Shown: positions 50,634 through 61,199 of the stretch, piece after piece | Layout of the letters: every line of letters begins with the position of its first letter | How positions within the stretch are numbered: the stretch's first letter is position 1 | Program-made: the position numbers and the translations under genes | The notes under the pieces: generated by a model | The model's input: the letters and a program-made list of their open reading frames with translations, nothing else | Databases searched by the model: none | What the model was told of the DNA's origin: nothing | NCBI GenBank assembly: GCA_013334825.1 | Contig: JAAXWR010000002.1 | Location: 34,025-98,024, forward strand | Direction of reading: 5' to 3' | DNA length: 64,000 bases | Source of the DNA: Candidatus Yonathbacteria bacterium | Lineage (GTDB): Bacteria; Patescibacteriota; Minisyncoccia; Phycocordibacterales; JACNGX01

Positions 50634-51173
50634 ATGATGTCTATACGTACAAATCATTTTCACGTGAATCATACTGGCTTCTCACTTATAGAAACACTGG
50701 TTGCTGTTTCTGTGCTTATGCTTGCTGTTGTTGGTCCGTTAACGATTGCATCAAAAGGTCTTATATCTGCTCAGTTTGCACGTGATCAAATTATTGCATT
50801 CCATCTTGCGCGTGAGGCAACAGAGCTTATTCGTAATACTCGAGATACAAATATGCTTCCTGACATTGCTGTTCCAGAAAACTGGTTGAGTGGAATGGAA
50901 GCTTGTATGGCACCAAGTGTGTGTCGTGTTGATGGACTTTCAACATCATTTTCTTCTTGTCCTGGAGGAGTGTGTCCGCATCTTAAAAAAAATAATGCTG
51001 GTGTGTATGGATACGATTCAGGATGGACAAATACTCCATTCGTTCGATCTATCAGTATCACAGAAATTGTTCCAGGTGTCGAAATTGCTGCAAATGTAAG
51101 CGTTGAATGGCAGACAGGCTTTTTAAATAAAGAATTTACGATTACAGAGCACTTCTTTAATTGGCGTCAATAA
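50634..51173 (+). CDS. Minor pilin (PilV-like)
   Basis: TG/FSLIETLVA, A..LA.E..E.IR. Confidence 0.8.
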   Translation: MMSIRTNHFHVNHTGFSLIETLVAVSVLMLAVVGPLTIASKGLISAQFARDQIIAFHLAREATELIRNTRDTNMLPDIAVPENWLSGMEACMAPSVCRVDGLSTSFSSCPGGVCPHLKKNNAGVYGYDSGWTNTPFVRSISITEIVPGVEIAANVSVEWQTGFLNKEFTITEHFFNWRQ

Positions 51174-51719
51174 ATGTATATGAAAAATATTTCTGTTTAT
51201 CATCAAATATATGTAAAAAGAAAACAAGGATTTGTTCTCTTATTCGCAGTACTTGTCTCGGGTATTTTACTTGCTATCGGTTTAGGTATTTTTACGATTA
51301 CATATAAAGAATTATTACTTTCATCATCTGACAGAGAATCTCAGATAGCATTCTATGCAGCTGACTCAGGAGGTGAATGTGCACTCTATTGGGATGTTGT
51401 ACATCCCGGGTATGAACGAGGAATTTTTGGTCGAGTAACAGATACTGCTGTTTCTCCTGCGATTTCTGGAATAGGGAACGCACTTTGTTCAGGAGTAGAT
51501 ATAAATAATACATGGACAACGACGGGTTCTGGGGTGAGTCCTATTGAAACAGTATTCACTATTGGTTTTGAAAATGGATCATGTGCTGAAGTGACCGTTG
51601 TAAAAAAATATGATGATATCTCTGGAGAAAGTATAACGGAAGTTGATTCACGTGGTTTTAATACATGTGATGAAGGAGCAATGCGTCGTGCGGAACGTGG
51701 GCTTAGGATAACCTATTGA
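51174..51719 (+). CDS. Minor pilin (PilX-like, no Glu5)
   Basis: QG/FVLLFAV, AFYAADSG.E. Confidence 0.8.
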   Translation: MYMKNISVYHQIYVKRKQGFVLLFAVLVSGILLAIGLGIFTITYKELLLSSSDRESQIAFYAADSGGECALYWDVVHPGYERGIFGRVTDTAVSPAISGIGNALCSGVDINNTWTTTGSGVSPIETVFTIGFENGSCAEVTVVKKYDDISGESITEVDSRGFNTCDEGAMRRAERGLRITY

Positions 51720-53771
<2,052 letters not shown>

Positions 53772-53829
53772 TAAAACATAAAGATGTATCATCTGTAATG
53801 AATGAATTGTGTATGCTATACTATCGTCC

Positions 53830-54108
53830 ATGGACACAGACGCAATGAAACGACTGGCACTTCTCTGTCGTATTGACATGTCGGAAGAAGAATTGGAAAC
53901 ACTCCGCGCGGAAATGGAGCATATTCTCGGTTATGTTGAAAAGGTGAGTGAACTTGCGCCTGCTGAGCGAGCGCTTGAAGTAGGAGTCCATCACAATGTC
54001 ATGCGTGAAGATGGTACTCCGCGTGCGAGTGGTATGTATACGGAAGCACTTCTTTCTGCTGCTCCAGCACGGGAAGGTGATTTTATTCGTGTCAAAAAAA
54101 TTCTCTGA
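53830..54108 (+). CDS. gatC: Amidotransferase subunit C
   Basis: LA.L.RI, IL.YV, NVMRED, V.KIL; upstream of gatA. Confidence 0.9.
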   Translation: MDTDAMKRLALLCRIDMSEEELETLRAEMEHILGYVEKVSELAPAERALEVGVHHNVMREDGTPRASGMYTEALLSAAPAREGDFIRVKKIL

Positions 54109-54109
54109 T

Positions 54110-55546
54110 ATGGATATACTGCATGCTTCAATCAAAGAATTGCGTACGGCTCTTGATGCGCGGGACATCACCGCAGTCATGATTGCTGAGGCGTTTTTGT
54201 CGCGTATCAAAGAAGTTGATACTGATATACATGCATTTCTCGAACTATACGATGATGTATTGGAACAAGCGCGTCATGCCGACACGTTGATTGCCGCAGG
54301 AAATATCCATCCGCTTACGGGTATTCCTGTCGCACTCAAAGACAATCTGTTAATCGTGGGCAAGCACGCATCATCAGCATCAAAGATTCTTGAAGGATAT
54401 GTCGCGCCATATGATGCGCATGTTATCACACGTCTTAAGGATGAAGGCGCGGTTTTTTTGGGTCGTACCAATATGGATGAATTTGCGATGGGTGGCTCAA
54501 CAGAAAACTCTGCATATGGACCGACAAAAAATCCACACGATATGTCGCGTGTGCCGGGGGGATCGTCAGGTGGGTCAGCTGCCGCGGTTGCCGCGCGCAT
54601 GGCGCCTCTTGCGCTCGGGAGCGATACAGGTGGTTCCATTCGTCAGCCAGCATCATTTTGTGGCATTGTTGGACTCAAACCTACCTATGGTGCCGTGTCG
54701 CGCCGTGGTGTGATGGCGATGGGTTCGTCACTTGATCAGATTGGTCCGTTTGGACGTACGGTTGCTGATACCAAAGCGTTGTTTGCTTGTATTAATGGAT
54801 ATGATGCTGAGGACAGCACGTCTGTCTCTGAAGAGACTCGTCGCATGATGTGTGGTGATGTTCGTACGACGGGAGCAATGCGTATTGGTGTCCCTGAGTC
54901 ATTTGTGTATGGAGAAGGAGTGGACGAAGATGTGAAAGAAAACTTTCGTGCAACACTTCGCACACTTGAGACGGCAGGACACAGTATTGTTCCCATTGAA
55001 CTCCCTACATTTCCGTACGCGCTTGCTGTGTACTATATCATTATGCCTGCTGAAGTATCGACTAATCTCGCGCGTTTTGACGGTGTGCGTTATGGACTCT
55101 ATGTCTCAGGAAATGATTTACTTGAAGACTATATGAAGACGCGTGGTACGGGATTTGGCAAAGAGGTGCGTCGTCGTATTATGCTCGGGACGTATGTACT
55201 GTCTGCCGGATATTATGACGCATATTACAACAAAGCAAATGAAGTGCGTGAGGCATTGCGTGCCGAATTGGTGCAGGCGTTTAGTGAGGTTAATGTGATT
55301 GCGACACCCACATCACCGACACCAGCATTTCGTATTGGAGAAAAAGCATCCGATCCACTGCAGATGTACTTGGCGGATATCTTTACCGTGCCGGTGAATA
55401 TTGCGGGTGTGCCGGCAATTTCTGTTCCTTCAGGAACAGTGATGCGTGACGGGCAAGCACTTCCGCTTGGCATGCAGTTTATCGCGCCACATTTTGCTGA
55501 AGAGACACTCTTTTCTATTGCGTCAGAAGTTGAACGTCTCGCATAA
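54110..55546 (+). CDS. gatA: Amidotransferase subunit A
   Basis: KDN, NMDEFAMG.STE, PGGSSGGS, GSDTGGSIRQPA. Confidence 0.97.
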   Translation: MDILHASIKELRTALDARDITAVMIAEAFLSRIKEVDTDIHAFLELYDDVLEQARHADTLIAAGNIHPLTGIPVALKDNLLIVGKHASSASKILEGYVAPYDAHVITRLKDEGAVFLGRTNMDEFAMGGSTENSAYGPTKNPHDMSRVPGGSSGGSAAAVAARMAPLALGSDTGGSIRQPASFCGIVGLKPTYGAVSRRGVMAMGSSLDQIGPFGRTVADTKALFACINGYDAEDSTSVSEETRRMMCGDVRTTGAMRIGVPESFVYGEGVDEDVKENFRATLRTLETAGHSIVPIELPTFPYALAVYYIIMPAEVSTNLARFDGVRYGLYVSGNDLLEDYMKTRGTGFGKEVRRRIMLGTYVLSAGYYDAYYNKANEVREALRAELVQAFSEVNVIATPTSPTPAFRIGEKASDPLQMYLADIFTVPVNIAGVPAISVPSGTVMRDGQALPLGMQFIAPHFAEETLFSIASEVERLA

Positions 55547-55555
55547 TTTTTTCCT

Positions 55556-56206
55556 ATGGCTGAAACAGGAGGACCATTTATCAATCTTGAATACGTGTTT
55601 TACAAAGTCTACACGTGGATATTTGGTGTACCCTCTGGGACGGGAGAAACAGGAACGTTGGGAGGAGACGGAGGGGCAGGAACGATTTCCATGGGGGACG
55701 GGGGGCTTGTGAACACAGGGAATGGAGTTGATATAGAGATGCTTGTTGAAATATTAAAAAATATTCTTGGCTTTATTACGCTTCTGCTTATTATTGGACT
55801 TGGTTTTATTATTGTACGCATTTGGGAACTTCATAAGGAGATGAAGAAAAAGCCCACATTTGCTGAACCAGAACATGTTGAAAAGACAAAAGAAAATGAA
55901 CGATGGGAAGTCGTCCGCATGCACGTTGCATCGAGCGTTCCGTCTGATTGGCGTATGGCGATTATTGAAGCGGATAATATTCTTGATGACATGGTAAAAC
56001 GTATGGGATACGAGGGAAAAGATTTGGGTGAACGGTTGCGTGCCGTGGAGCCGAGTGATTTTCTGAGTATTCAAAGTGCGTGGGAGGCACACAAGGTGCG
56101 CAACAAAATTGCTCATGAAGGGTTGGGATTTGAGATATCTCAACGCGAGGCAAAACGCGTGATTGATTTATATGAACAGGTGTTTCGGGAGTTTGAGTAT
56201 ATTTAG
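55556..56206 (+). CDS. Conserved hypothetical membrane protein
   Basis: TM plus W..AIIEAD..LD, GERL, AW.AH.VRN.IAH. Confidence 0.75.
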   Translation: MAETGGPFINLEYVFYKVYTWIFGVPSGTGETGTLGGDGGAGTISMGDGGLVNTGNGVDIEMLVEILKNILGFITLLLIIGLGFIIVRIWELHKEMKKKPTFAEPEHVEKTKENERWEVVRMHVASSVPSDWRMAIIEADNILDDMVKRMGYEGKDLGERLRAVEPSDFLSIQSAWEAHKVRNKIAHEGLGFEISQREAKRVIDLYEQVFREFEYI

Positions 56207-56460
56207 ATGTGAAATGAGAAAATAGAAATGAGGAATATGGGATGGGTTACGAAGTACGAACTTGTACGCTTGCCCTGCACCCCACGTGGCGTGCTGTGCA
56301 TCCTACGTGGTGCATAGTGCTAGGGAACATACGAAACGAGACTAGAAGCAAGAATCAAGAAGCACGAATAAAGAAGAAAACGATGAAATATGAAAATAGA
56401 AATATGAAATATGAAGATGAAAACTATAAACGGTAAACGATAAAATGAAAAAGTTAAAAA
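56207..56460. repeat. Composite intergenic repeat patch with double-nested hairpin (56269-56325)
   Basis: Same modules as 28003-28310 and 41777-42112. Confidence 0.85.
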
Positions 56461-56526
56461 AAAGAAAGACAGTGTTCAATACAATGTAAAAAAATAATCC
56501 CGCGGCTTCCGCCGCGGGATTATGAG

Positions 56527-56700
56527 TTACTTGGGCAAGGGCATTCGGCGCTTTGCAGAAAACCATGCCCAGTATTTACTCATCCCTGTCCCATCAGGAA
56601 CAAGGATATATTTTTCATGGCGCAAGCACCTTGAACAGGTGCGCGTATGACCGGAAGTCATCCAGTCGTGTATCCCAAGAAAACATAAGATTTTTCCCAT
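56527..56700 (-). CDS. Small Cys/His protein (DUF1660-like)
   Basis: LCFLGIHDW...CSRC; GAGGAG SD; terminator at 56495-56521. Confidence 0.65.
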   Translation of the reverse strand: MGKILCFLGIHDWMTSGHTRTCSRCLRHEKYILVPDGTGMSKYWAWFSAKRRMPLPK

Positions 56701-56729
56701 AATGTAGCTCCTCATGATGTTTTGTTTTA

Positions 56730-56834
56730 AGAAAGAACTAAAACTTTTTGAGTATTCGATTCACAGAGAATCAAATCCTCAAAAAGTTGCCGGAGGAGGG
56801 GAGAAAAAATTTCCTCTCCTCCGGCTGTGGCTAT
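56730..56834. repeat. About 100-bp direct repeat, copy 1
   Basis: Near-identical to 57104-57208; two hairpins. Confidence 0.95.
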
Positions 56835-57073
56835 CCCGGGTTTTCTATTCCTACGCAACGGAACGCCGCTGCAATCTCCTCATGGTGGACATTCTGGGAC
56901 TCCTCCCTGAATGTCCACTTTATTTTTCCACATTTTTCGCAGCGGGACATCACTGCGAATTGTGAAACATGTGCCCTGTAAACGAACGACAAGCGTCCTT
57001 CTATCAGGGCTGGACATTCAAATTTGTCCACAAGAACCCTCTTGGTTTCCGTATATTTGTGTTTAAAACACAT
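56831..57073 (-). CDS. Small Cys/His protein
   Basis: MCFKHKY...CEKCG; AAGGAG SD. Confidence 0.6.
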   Translation of the reverse strand: MCFKHKYTETKRVLVDKFECPALIEGRLSFVYRAHVSQFAVMSRCEKCGKIKWTFREESQNVHHEEIAAAFRCVGIENPG

Positions 57074-57103
57074 AATAAGCTCCTTTTTATTATTTTCTTT
57101 TTT

Positions 57104-57208
57104 GAGAAGAACTACAACTCTTTGAGTATTCGATTCACAGAGAATCAAATCCTCAAAAAGTTGCCGGAGGAGGGGAGAAAAAATTTCCTCTCCTCCGGCT
57201 GTGGCTAT
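57104..57208. repeat. About 100-bp direct repeat, copy 2
   Basis: Near-identical to 56730-56834. Confidence 0.95.
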
Positions 57209-57723
57209 TTGACGAGGTGGCGGTACACCGCCGCTGCGACAGCGGAGTCGTAGAGCGGATTGTGTGTCCCGCCCTCAAACTCGCCGACCGATAGTCCGTG
57301 CTTGGCGACAAACTTGTCCACTGAGGTGGGGTCTGCGCCGGCAGCCTGCAGATTTCCGCTGACATCGTAGAGCGGGAACGGGCCGTCCCAGTCCCCGATG
57401 AGGTCAAGCTCATGCATGTCGCGCAAGAGTTTGGCCTCGACGATGTAGCCCATGTGGACCACGACGTCGGCCTCACCCTTGTTCGCCATGTAGAACGTGG
57501 CAAAATCACGGAGCATTGAAGAGTAATCCTCGTGTGTCACCGTGATACCCTGTACCTGGGGCAGGGTGTTCTCACGGCTCCACTGGTCGGTTACAACCGA
57601 TTCAGGAAGCCGCGCCTCAAAGCGGGCGATCTCGACACCGTTCTCGTCGTAGACGAGGGCGCCGATTGCCCACGCCTGTCCCCAGAGACCGTTGGTCTCC
57701 GCGTCAAAAGAAAAAATTTTCAT
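57205..57723 (-). CDS. DEDDh-like 3'-5' exonuclease (phage-type), GC-rich
   Basis: FSFDAETNG, HNPLYDS. Confidence 0.7.
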   Translation of the reverse strand: MKIFSFDAETNGLWGQAWAIGALVYDENGVEIARFEARLPESVVTDQWSRENTLPQVQGITVTHEDYSSMLRDFATFYMANKGEADVVVHMGYIVEAKLLRDMHELDLIGDWDGPFPLYDVSGNLQAAGADPTSVDKFVAKHGLSVGEFEGGTHNPLYDSAVAAAVYRHLVK

Positions 57724-57815
57724 ATTTCTTTAGTTGTGGCCACATGTGTGACCGTTTTAAAAAATCTTGATTTACTTTTCAAATCCCCTGTGGGTGCAAT
57801 AAGATATCTTTTTCT

Positions 57816-57844
57816 ATTATAGCATATATCACATATATTGTCAA
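57816..57844 (-). promoter_or_regulatory. Consensus sigma70 promoter heading the three-gene array
   Basis: TTGACA-17 nt-TATAAT with extended TG. Confidence 0.8.
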
Positions 57845-57929
57845 TCATTTCTGCTTGCGCTGTTTGGGGTGATGTGGTAATATATTTTTGCAAAGCCGAC
57901 AGGGCTTTTTCATTTATTGATAATCATAT

Positions 57930-58000
57930 AGGGGGGTAGAGAAGTAGTATCTCGGGAGGCTCATAACCTCCAGACCTAGGTGCAATTCCTGGCCCCCCTA
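57930..58000 (+). tRNA. tRNA-Met(CAT), initiator-like but atypical
   Basis: AGGGGGG/CCCCCCT acceptor, ggagg-ctCATaa-cctcc, A11-U24. Confidence 0.85.
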
Positions 58001-58168
58001 CACCCAAACTCAAAAACGACACTATTTGTGTCGTTTTTGAGTTTTAGGGCGCAAGTTGTCTTTTTCCATAATTCATTATTCATAATTCACATCCCGTTTT
58101 CTTGATTCGAATAATGTATTAAGTAAAAGTTGAGTCTTCTTGGGAAAAGTGATATTCTGTAGTCCGTT

Positions 58169-58242
58169 GCCGGGGTAGCTCAGTTGGTTAGAGCATAGCA
58201 CTCATAAAGCTAAGGTCGTGGGTTCGATCCCCACCCCCGGCA
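58169..58242 (+). tRNA. tRNA with CAT anticodon (elongator Met or Ile2)
   Basis: GCCGGGG/CCCCGGC acceptor, TAGCTCAGTTGGTTAGAGC, GGTTCGATCC. Confidence 0.9.
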
Positions 58243-58603
58243 CCCAGCTCCACTTTCATGGATGACGCATGTAGTATGCTTGCGTTTGTTGTTGCGACTA
58301 TAATTTTTGGTGATTTATCTTCTGTTATGAAAGTGGGGCTGGGCGAAGTGGGGCAGAGCATACGTTTATATAAGTATTTTTTCCGCAATATTCCCCCAGC
58401 ACTATGTACCACGTGGATGCACAGCAGGCCACGTGGTTGCACGGCACACTACGTGAGATGCCGGGCAACTGCGTAGTATTTGTGTAAGTTCCGCGTGTTT
58501 CTGCGTTCATTCCGCATCGCTTCCGCGTCATGCAAAACTTGCGTTTCTCCTCATAATATAGTACCCTATGGTGCATCGTCCCAAGTGGGCGAAACACTAC
58601 ATT

Positions 58604-58762
58604 ATGTCACAAGATAGACTCATCAAATTGACCTGCACCGAGTGCAAACGCGTCAACTATTGGTCCAGTAAAAACAAAAAGACCAATACTGACAAGCTTG
58701 AACTCAACAAATACTGCAAGTGGTGCAATAAACAGACGAAGCATAAGGAAGCGAAGAAATAA
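58604..58762 (+). CDS. rpmG: 50S ribosomal protein L33 (Zn-binding form)
   Basis: CTECK..NY...KNK....KLEL.KYC.WC...T.HKE. Confidence 0.95.
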   Translation: MSQDRLIKLTCTECKRVNYWSSKNKKTNTDKLELNKYCKWCNKQTKHKEAKK

Positions 58763-58798
58763 TCCGTATATCACGGAGATTCTTCGTACAAGTCCCAT

Positions 58799-58873
58799 GC
58801 GGCCGTGGTGTAGCCCGGTTAACACGTCGCTCTGTCACAGCGAAGATCGCCGGTTCAAATCCGGTCGGCCGCG
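58799..58873 (+). tRNA. tRNA-Asp(GTC)
   Basis: GCGGCCG/CGGCCGC acceptor, tcgct-ctGTCac-agcga. Confidence 0.95.
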
Positions 58874-59125
58874 CATAACAAGAAAGGGCTGGCTTTTGCC
58901 AGCCCTTTCTTGTTATGTCTATCGCGAGCCGACTGGATTTGAACACGTAGGGGGTCGGGGGCGGCGGAACGCCCCCGTGAAGGAGGTTACGTGGAACCGT
59001 GGGTTCTACGAGCGCACCGAGCACCACTTTCATAAATGAAAGTGGTGCTCGGGAGCAGTGAATATTCCGGTCGGCCGCGCATAACAAAAAGAGGTTGGCT
59101 TTTGCCAATCTCTTTTTGTGTATAC
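58874..59125. repeat. Hairpin-rich element with antisense and direct copies of the tRNA-Asp 3' end
   Basis: Antisense copy 58923-58944, palindrome 59017-59052, 22-bp direct repeat 59066-59087. Confidence 0.85.
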
Positions 59126-59165
59126 TGATTTTCCACAAACATACGAGTGATGTATACTTATCAGT

Positions 59166-60227
59166 ATGTTGAACCTCAAAGACATTACTCTTCTTGGTAT
59201 TGACTGTGTTGATTTGGACCGTCTCAAACTTGCGGCAGATATTTCATGCAAGGATATTTCTTTTGGTGCGGTAAAATTGCTTTCCTCAATTCCCGATGAT
59301 GATTCTCGGGTTGTTCCTATTCGTCCTATTAGTTCATCTAAAGAGTATTCAGATTTTTGTATCAAAGAGATGCACAGATATGTTGATACGAAATATGTTC
59401 TTGTTTTTCAGTATGACGGTTTTGTCTTGAATCCAGACGCCTGGTCCGACACGTTTCTTGCGTATGATTATATTGGTGCTCCATGGTATCATCTCGGGGA
59501 CCTTCATGTCGGAAACGGGGGTTTTAGTTTGCGAAGCAAGCGCCTTCTTTTGTGGTTGGCAGAAAATTATACACTTCCTAAGGTGCGTATTCATCCTGAA
59601 GATGTCTTTATTGCGCATTTTGCAAGACCTTTTCTTGAGAAAGAAGGTATGGTGTTTGCGCCTGAAGATGTTGCATTGACATTCGCATGTGAGGGTAATG
59701 AACGTACTGTTGTTTGGAATGGTCAATTTGGGTTTCATGGAATAGCATATACCGATATTTCAAATTGGCTTTCACAACATGTTGAGTACCAAAAGCAATT
59801 ATCATATCCACTTGATGATTATGCGACACTGATGAAAAAATATCCCGTATATACCGGACACGTGCATACATTTCGTTTTGGAACATATGATTTAGAAAAT
59901 TATAAGCGTCTTTCGGAAGGGGTGAAGCGGTATGAGATAAGGGTTACCAAAGAAAAGCATCATGACTGGTCGCGTGTGCACGAAGGAGACACGATTGTGT
60001 TCAAGCGGTCTGGAGTTTCTTTTGCTACGTTTCCCATTCCCGCATTTGAGAGAACGGTCTCTCGTCTGGAACGTTTCTCGGGATTGCGTGAGTTAAAGAA
60101 TAAGTATCCTGATTTATCGATTACACCACCTTTTGATTTAATTCCGCGGCGCATGCGTTTTCTGGTAAGATATATGCCGACAATGTTTTTACCCAAACAT
60201 GAAGAATATACGGTTTTTTGGTTTTAA
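59166..60227 (+). CDS. DUF5672-type protein with C-terminal ASCH-like domain
   Basis: Q.DG, YDYIGAPW, VGNGGFSLRS, PED, FGFH; GVKRYEIR...GD.IVF. Confidence 0.75.
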   Translation: MLNLKDITLLGIDCVDLDRLKLAADISCKDISFGAVKLLSSIPDDDSRVVPIRPISSSKEYSDFCIKEMHRYVDTKYVLVFQYDGFVLNPDAWSDTFLAYDYIGAPWYHLGDLHVGNGGFSLRSKRLLLWLAENYTLPKVRIHPEDVFIAHFARPFLEKEGMVFAPEDVALTFACEGNERTVVWNGQFGFHGIAYTDISNWLSQHVEYQKQLSYPLDDYATLMKKYPVYTGHVHTFRFGTYDLENYKRLSEGVKRYEIRVTKEKHHDWSRVHEGDTIVFKRSGVSFATFPIPAFERTVSRLERFSGLRELKNKYPDLSITPPFDLIPRRMRFLVRYMPTMFLPKHEEYTVFWF

Positions 60228-60282
60228 ATAGTAAGAAAGAAAAGTTGATAATATCTCTCAAATATAGTACGCTGATACGCAA

Positions 60283-60358
60283 GCCAAGATAGCTCAGTTG
60301 GTAGAGCACATCCATGGTAAGGATGAGGTCTCGGGTTCGATCCCCGATCTTGGCTCCA
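60283..60358 (+). tRNA. tRNA-Thr(GGT)
   Basis: GCCAAGA/TCTTGGC-TCCA, catcc-atGGTaa-ggatg. Confidence 0.95.
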
Positions 60359-60560
60359 GCAGGAGCCAAGAACACAACATGCATTTATGCATGTTGTGTA
60401 GGGGATCGAACCGAGCACCACTTTTGCCATTGCAAAAGTGGTGCTCGACATCCAGGAGTACTTGGTGAAATGTGAGCTCTGCGAAACTTTCCTCGTGATT
60501 CTTGCTTCTCGTCGTTTTTCATTCTTGATTCTTAATTCGTACTTCTTAATTCTCGTCTGC

Positions 60561-60633
60561 GCCACCTTAGCTCAGTTGGTAGAGCGATCGCTTCGTAAGC
60601 GATAGGTCCCCAGTTCAATCCTGGGAGGTGGCT
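60561..60633 (+). tRNA. tRNA-Thr(CGT)
   Basis: GCCACCT/AGGTGGC, atcgc-ttCGTaa-gcgat. Confidence 0.95.
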
Positions 60634-60657
60634 CTCGAAAATAATTTATATTTCTAT

Positions 60658-61128
60658 ATGTTTGTCACTGGTCAACGATATCGAATTTCACGAAAACTTA
60701 AGTGGTATTTTTTGTTGAAAACATTTCTTATCCTTATGTTACTTTCTTTATTTATAGCGATTTTTTCAGAGGAAGATACATATACTATAATTACGTCATT
60801 TATTCCGTTTGCACTGTTTATATGGATTTATTTAGCGATAAAGTATCGATATGTTTTTCTTACAATAGAAAAGGATGCACTCATTATAAATTCGGGAATA
60901 ATATTAAAACGTTCAATGTTAATTCCTTTCGATACTATTCAAAATATCAATGACATACGAGGCCCTGTATCTTCGATGTTTAATTTTGTGAAAGTAAGAA
61001 TATGGACAGCGTCTCCTTCTCAAATATATATTAAAAATGGAAATAGTAATAATCGCCCAAATGGGGTTTTGTGGCTTGAAACAAAAGATGTTGAAGATTT
61101 AAGACACATACTTTCGTTACACAAATAA
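60658..61128 (+). CDS. Membrane protein with bacterial PH (bPH_2) domain, AT-rich
   Basis: 2 TM, I.SGI......IP...IQNI...GP......V.I.TA. Confidence 0.75.
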   Translation: MFVTGQRYRISRKLKWYFLLKTFLILMLLSLFIAIFSEEDTYTIITSFIPFALFIWIYLAIKYRYVFLTIEKDALIINSGIILKRSMLIPFDTIQNINDIRGPVSSMFNFVKVRIWTASPSQIYIKNGNSNNRPNGVLWLETKDVEDLRHILSLHK

Positions 61129-61199
61129 CAAGTGGTTCTCTCACACGTCAGTCCCATGCTGGCGTGTGTTTTGTTTCATTTCGGTATATGATAGTAGGT

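Noticed and set aside
42811-51719. Absence of pilC/pilT as a novel pilus type
   Set aside because: These genes are often encoded elsewhere; cannot be judged from one window
56730-57208. Classical integron attC sites
   Set aside because: The AAC...GTT hairpin is only about 47 bp, lacks the RYYYAAC/GTTRRRY consensus, and no intI is present
58698-59138. ORFs over tRNA-Asp and its downstream element, and ORFs over repeat patches (4744-5163, 28007-28207, 56242-56436)
   Set aside because: Translations of structural RNA or repeat sequence
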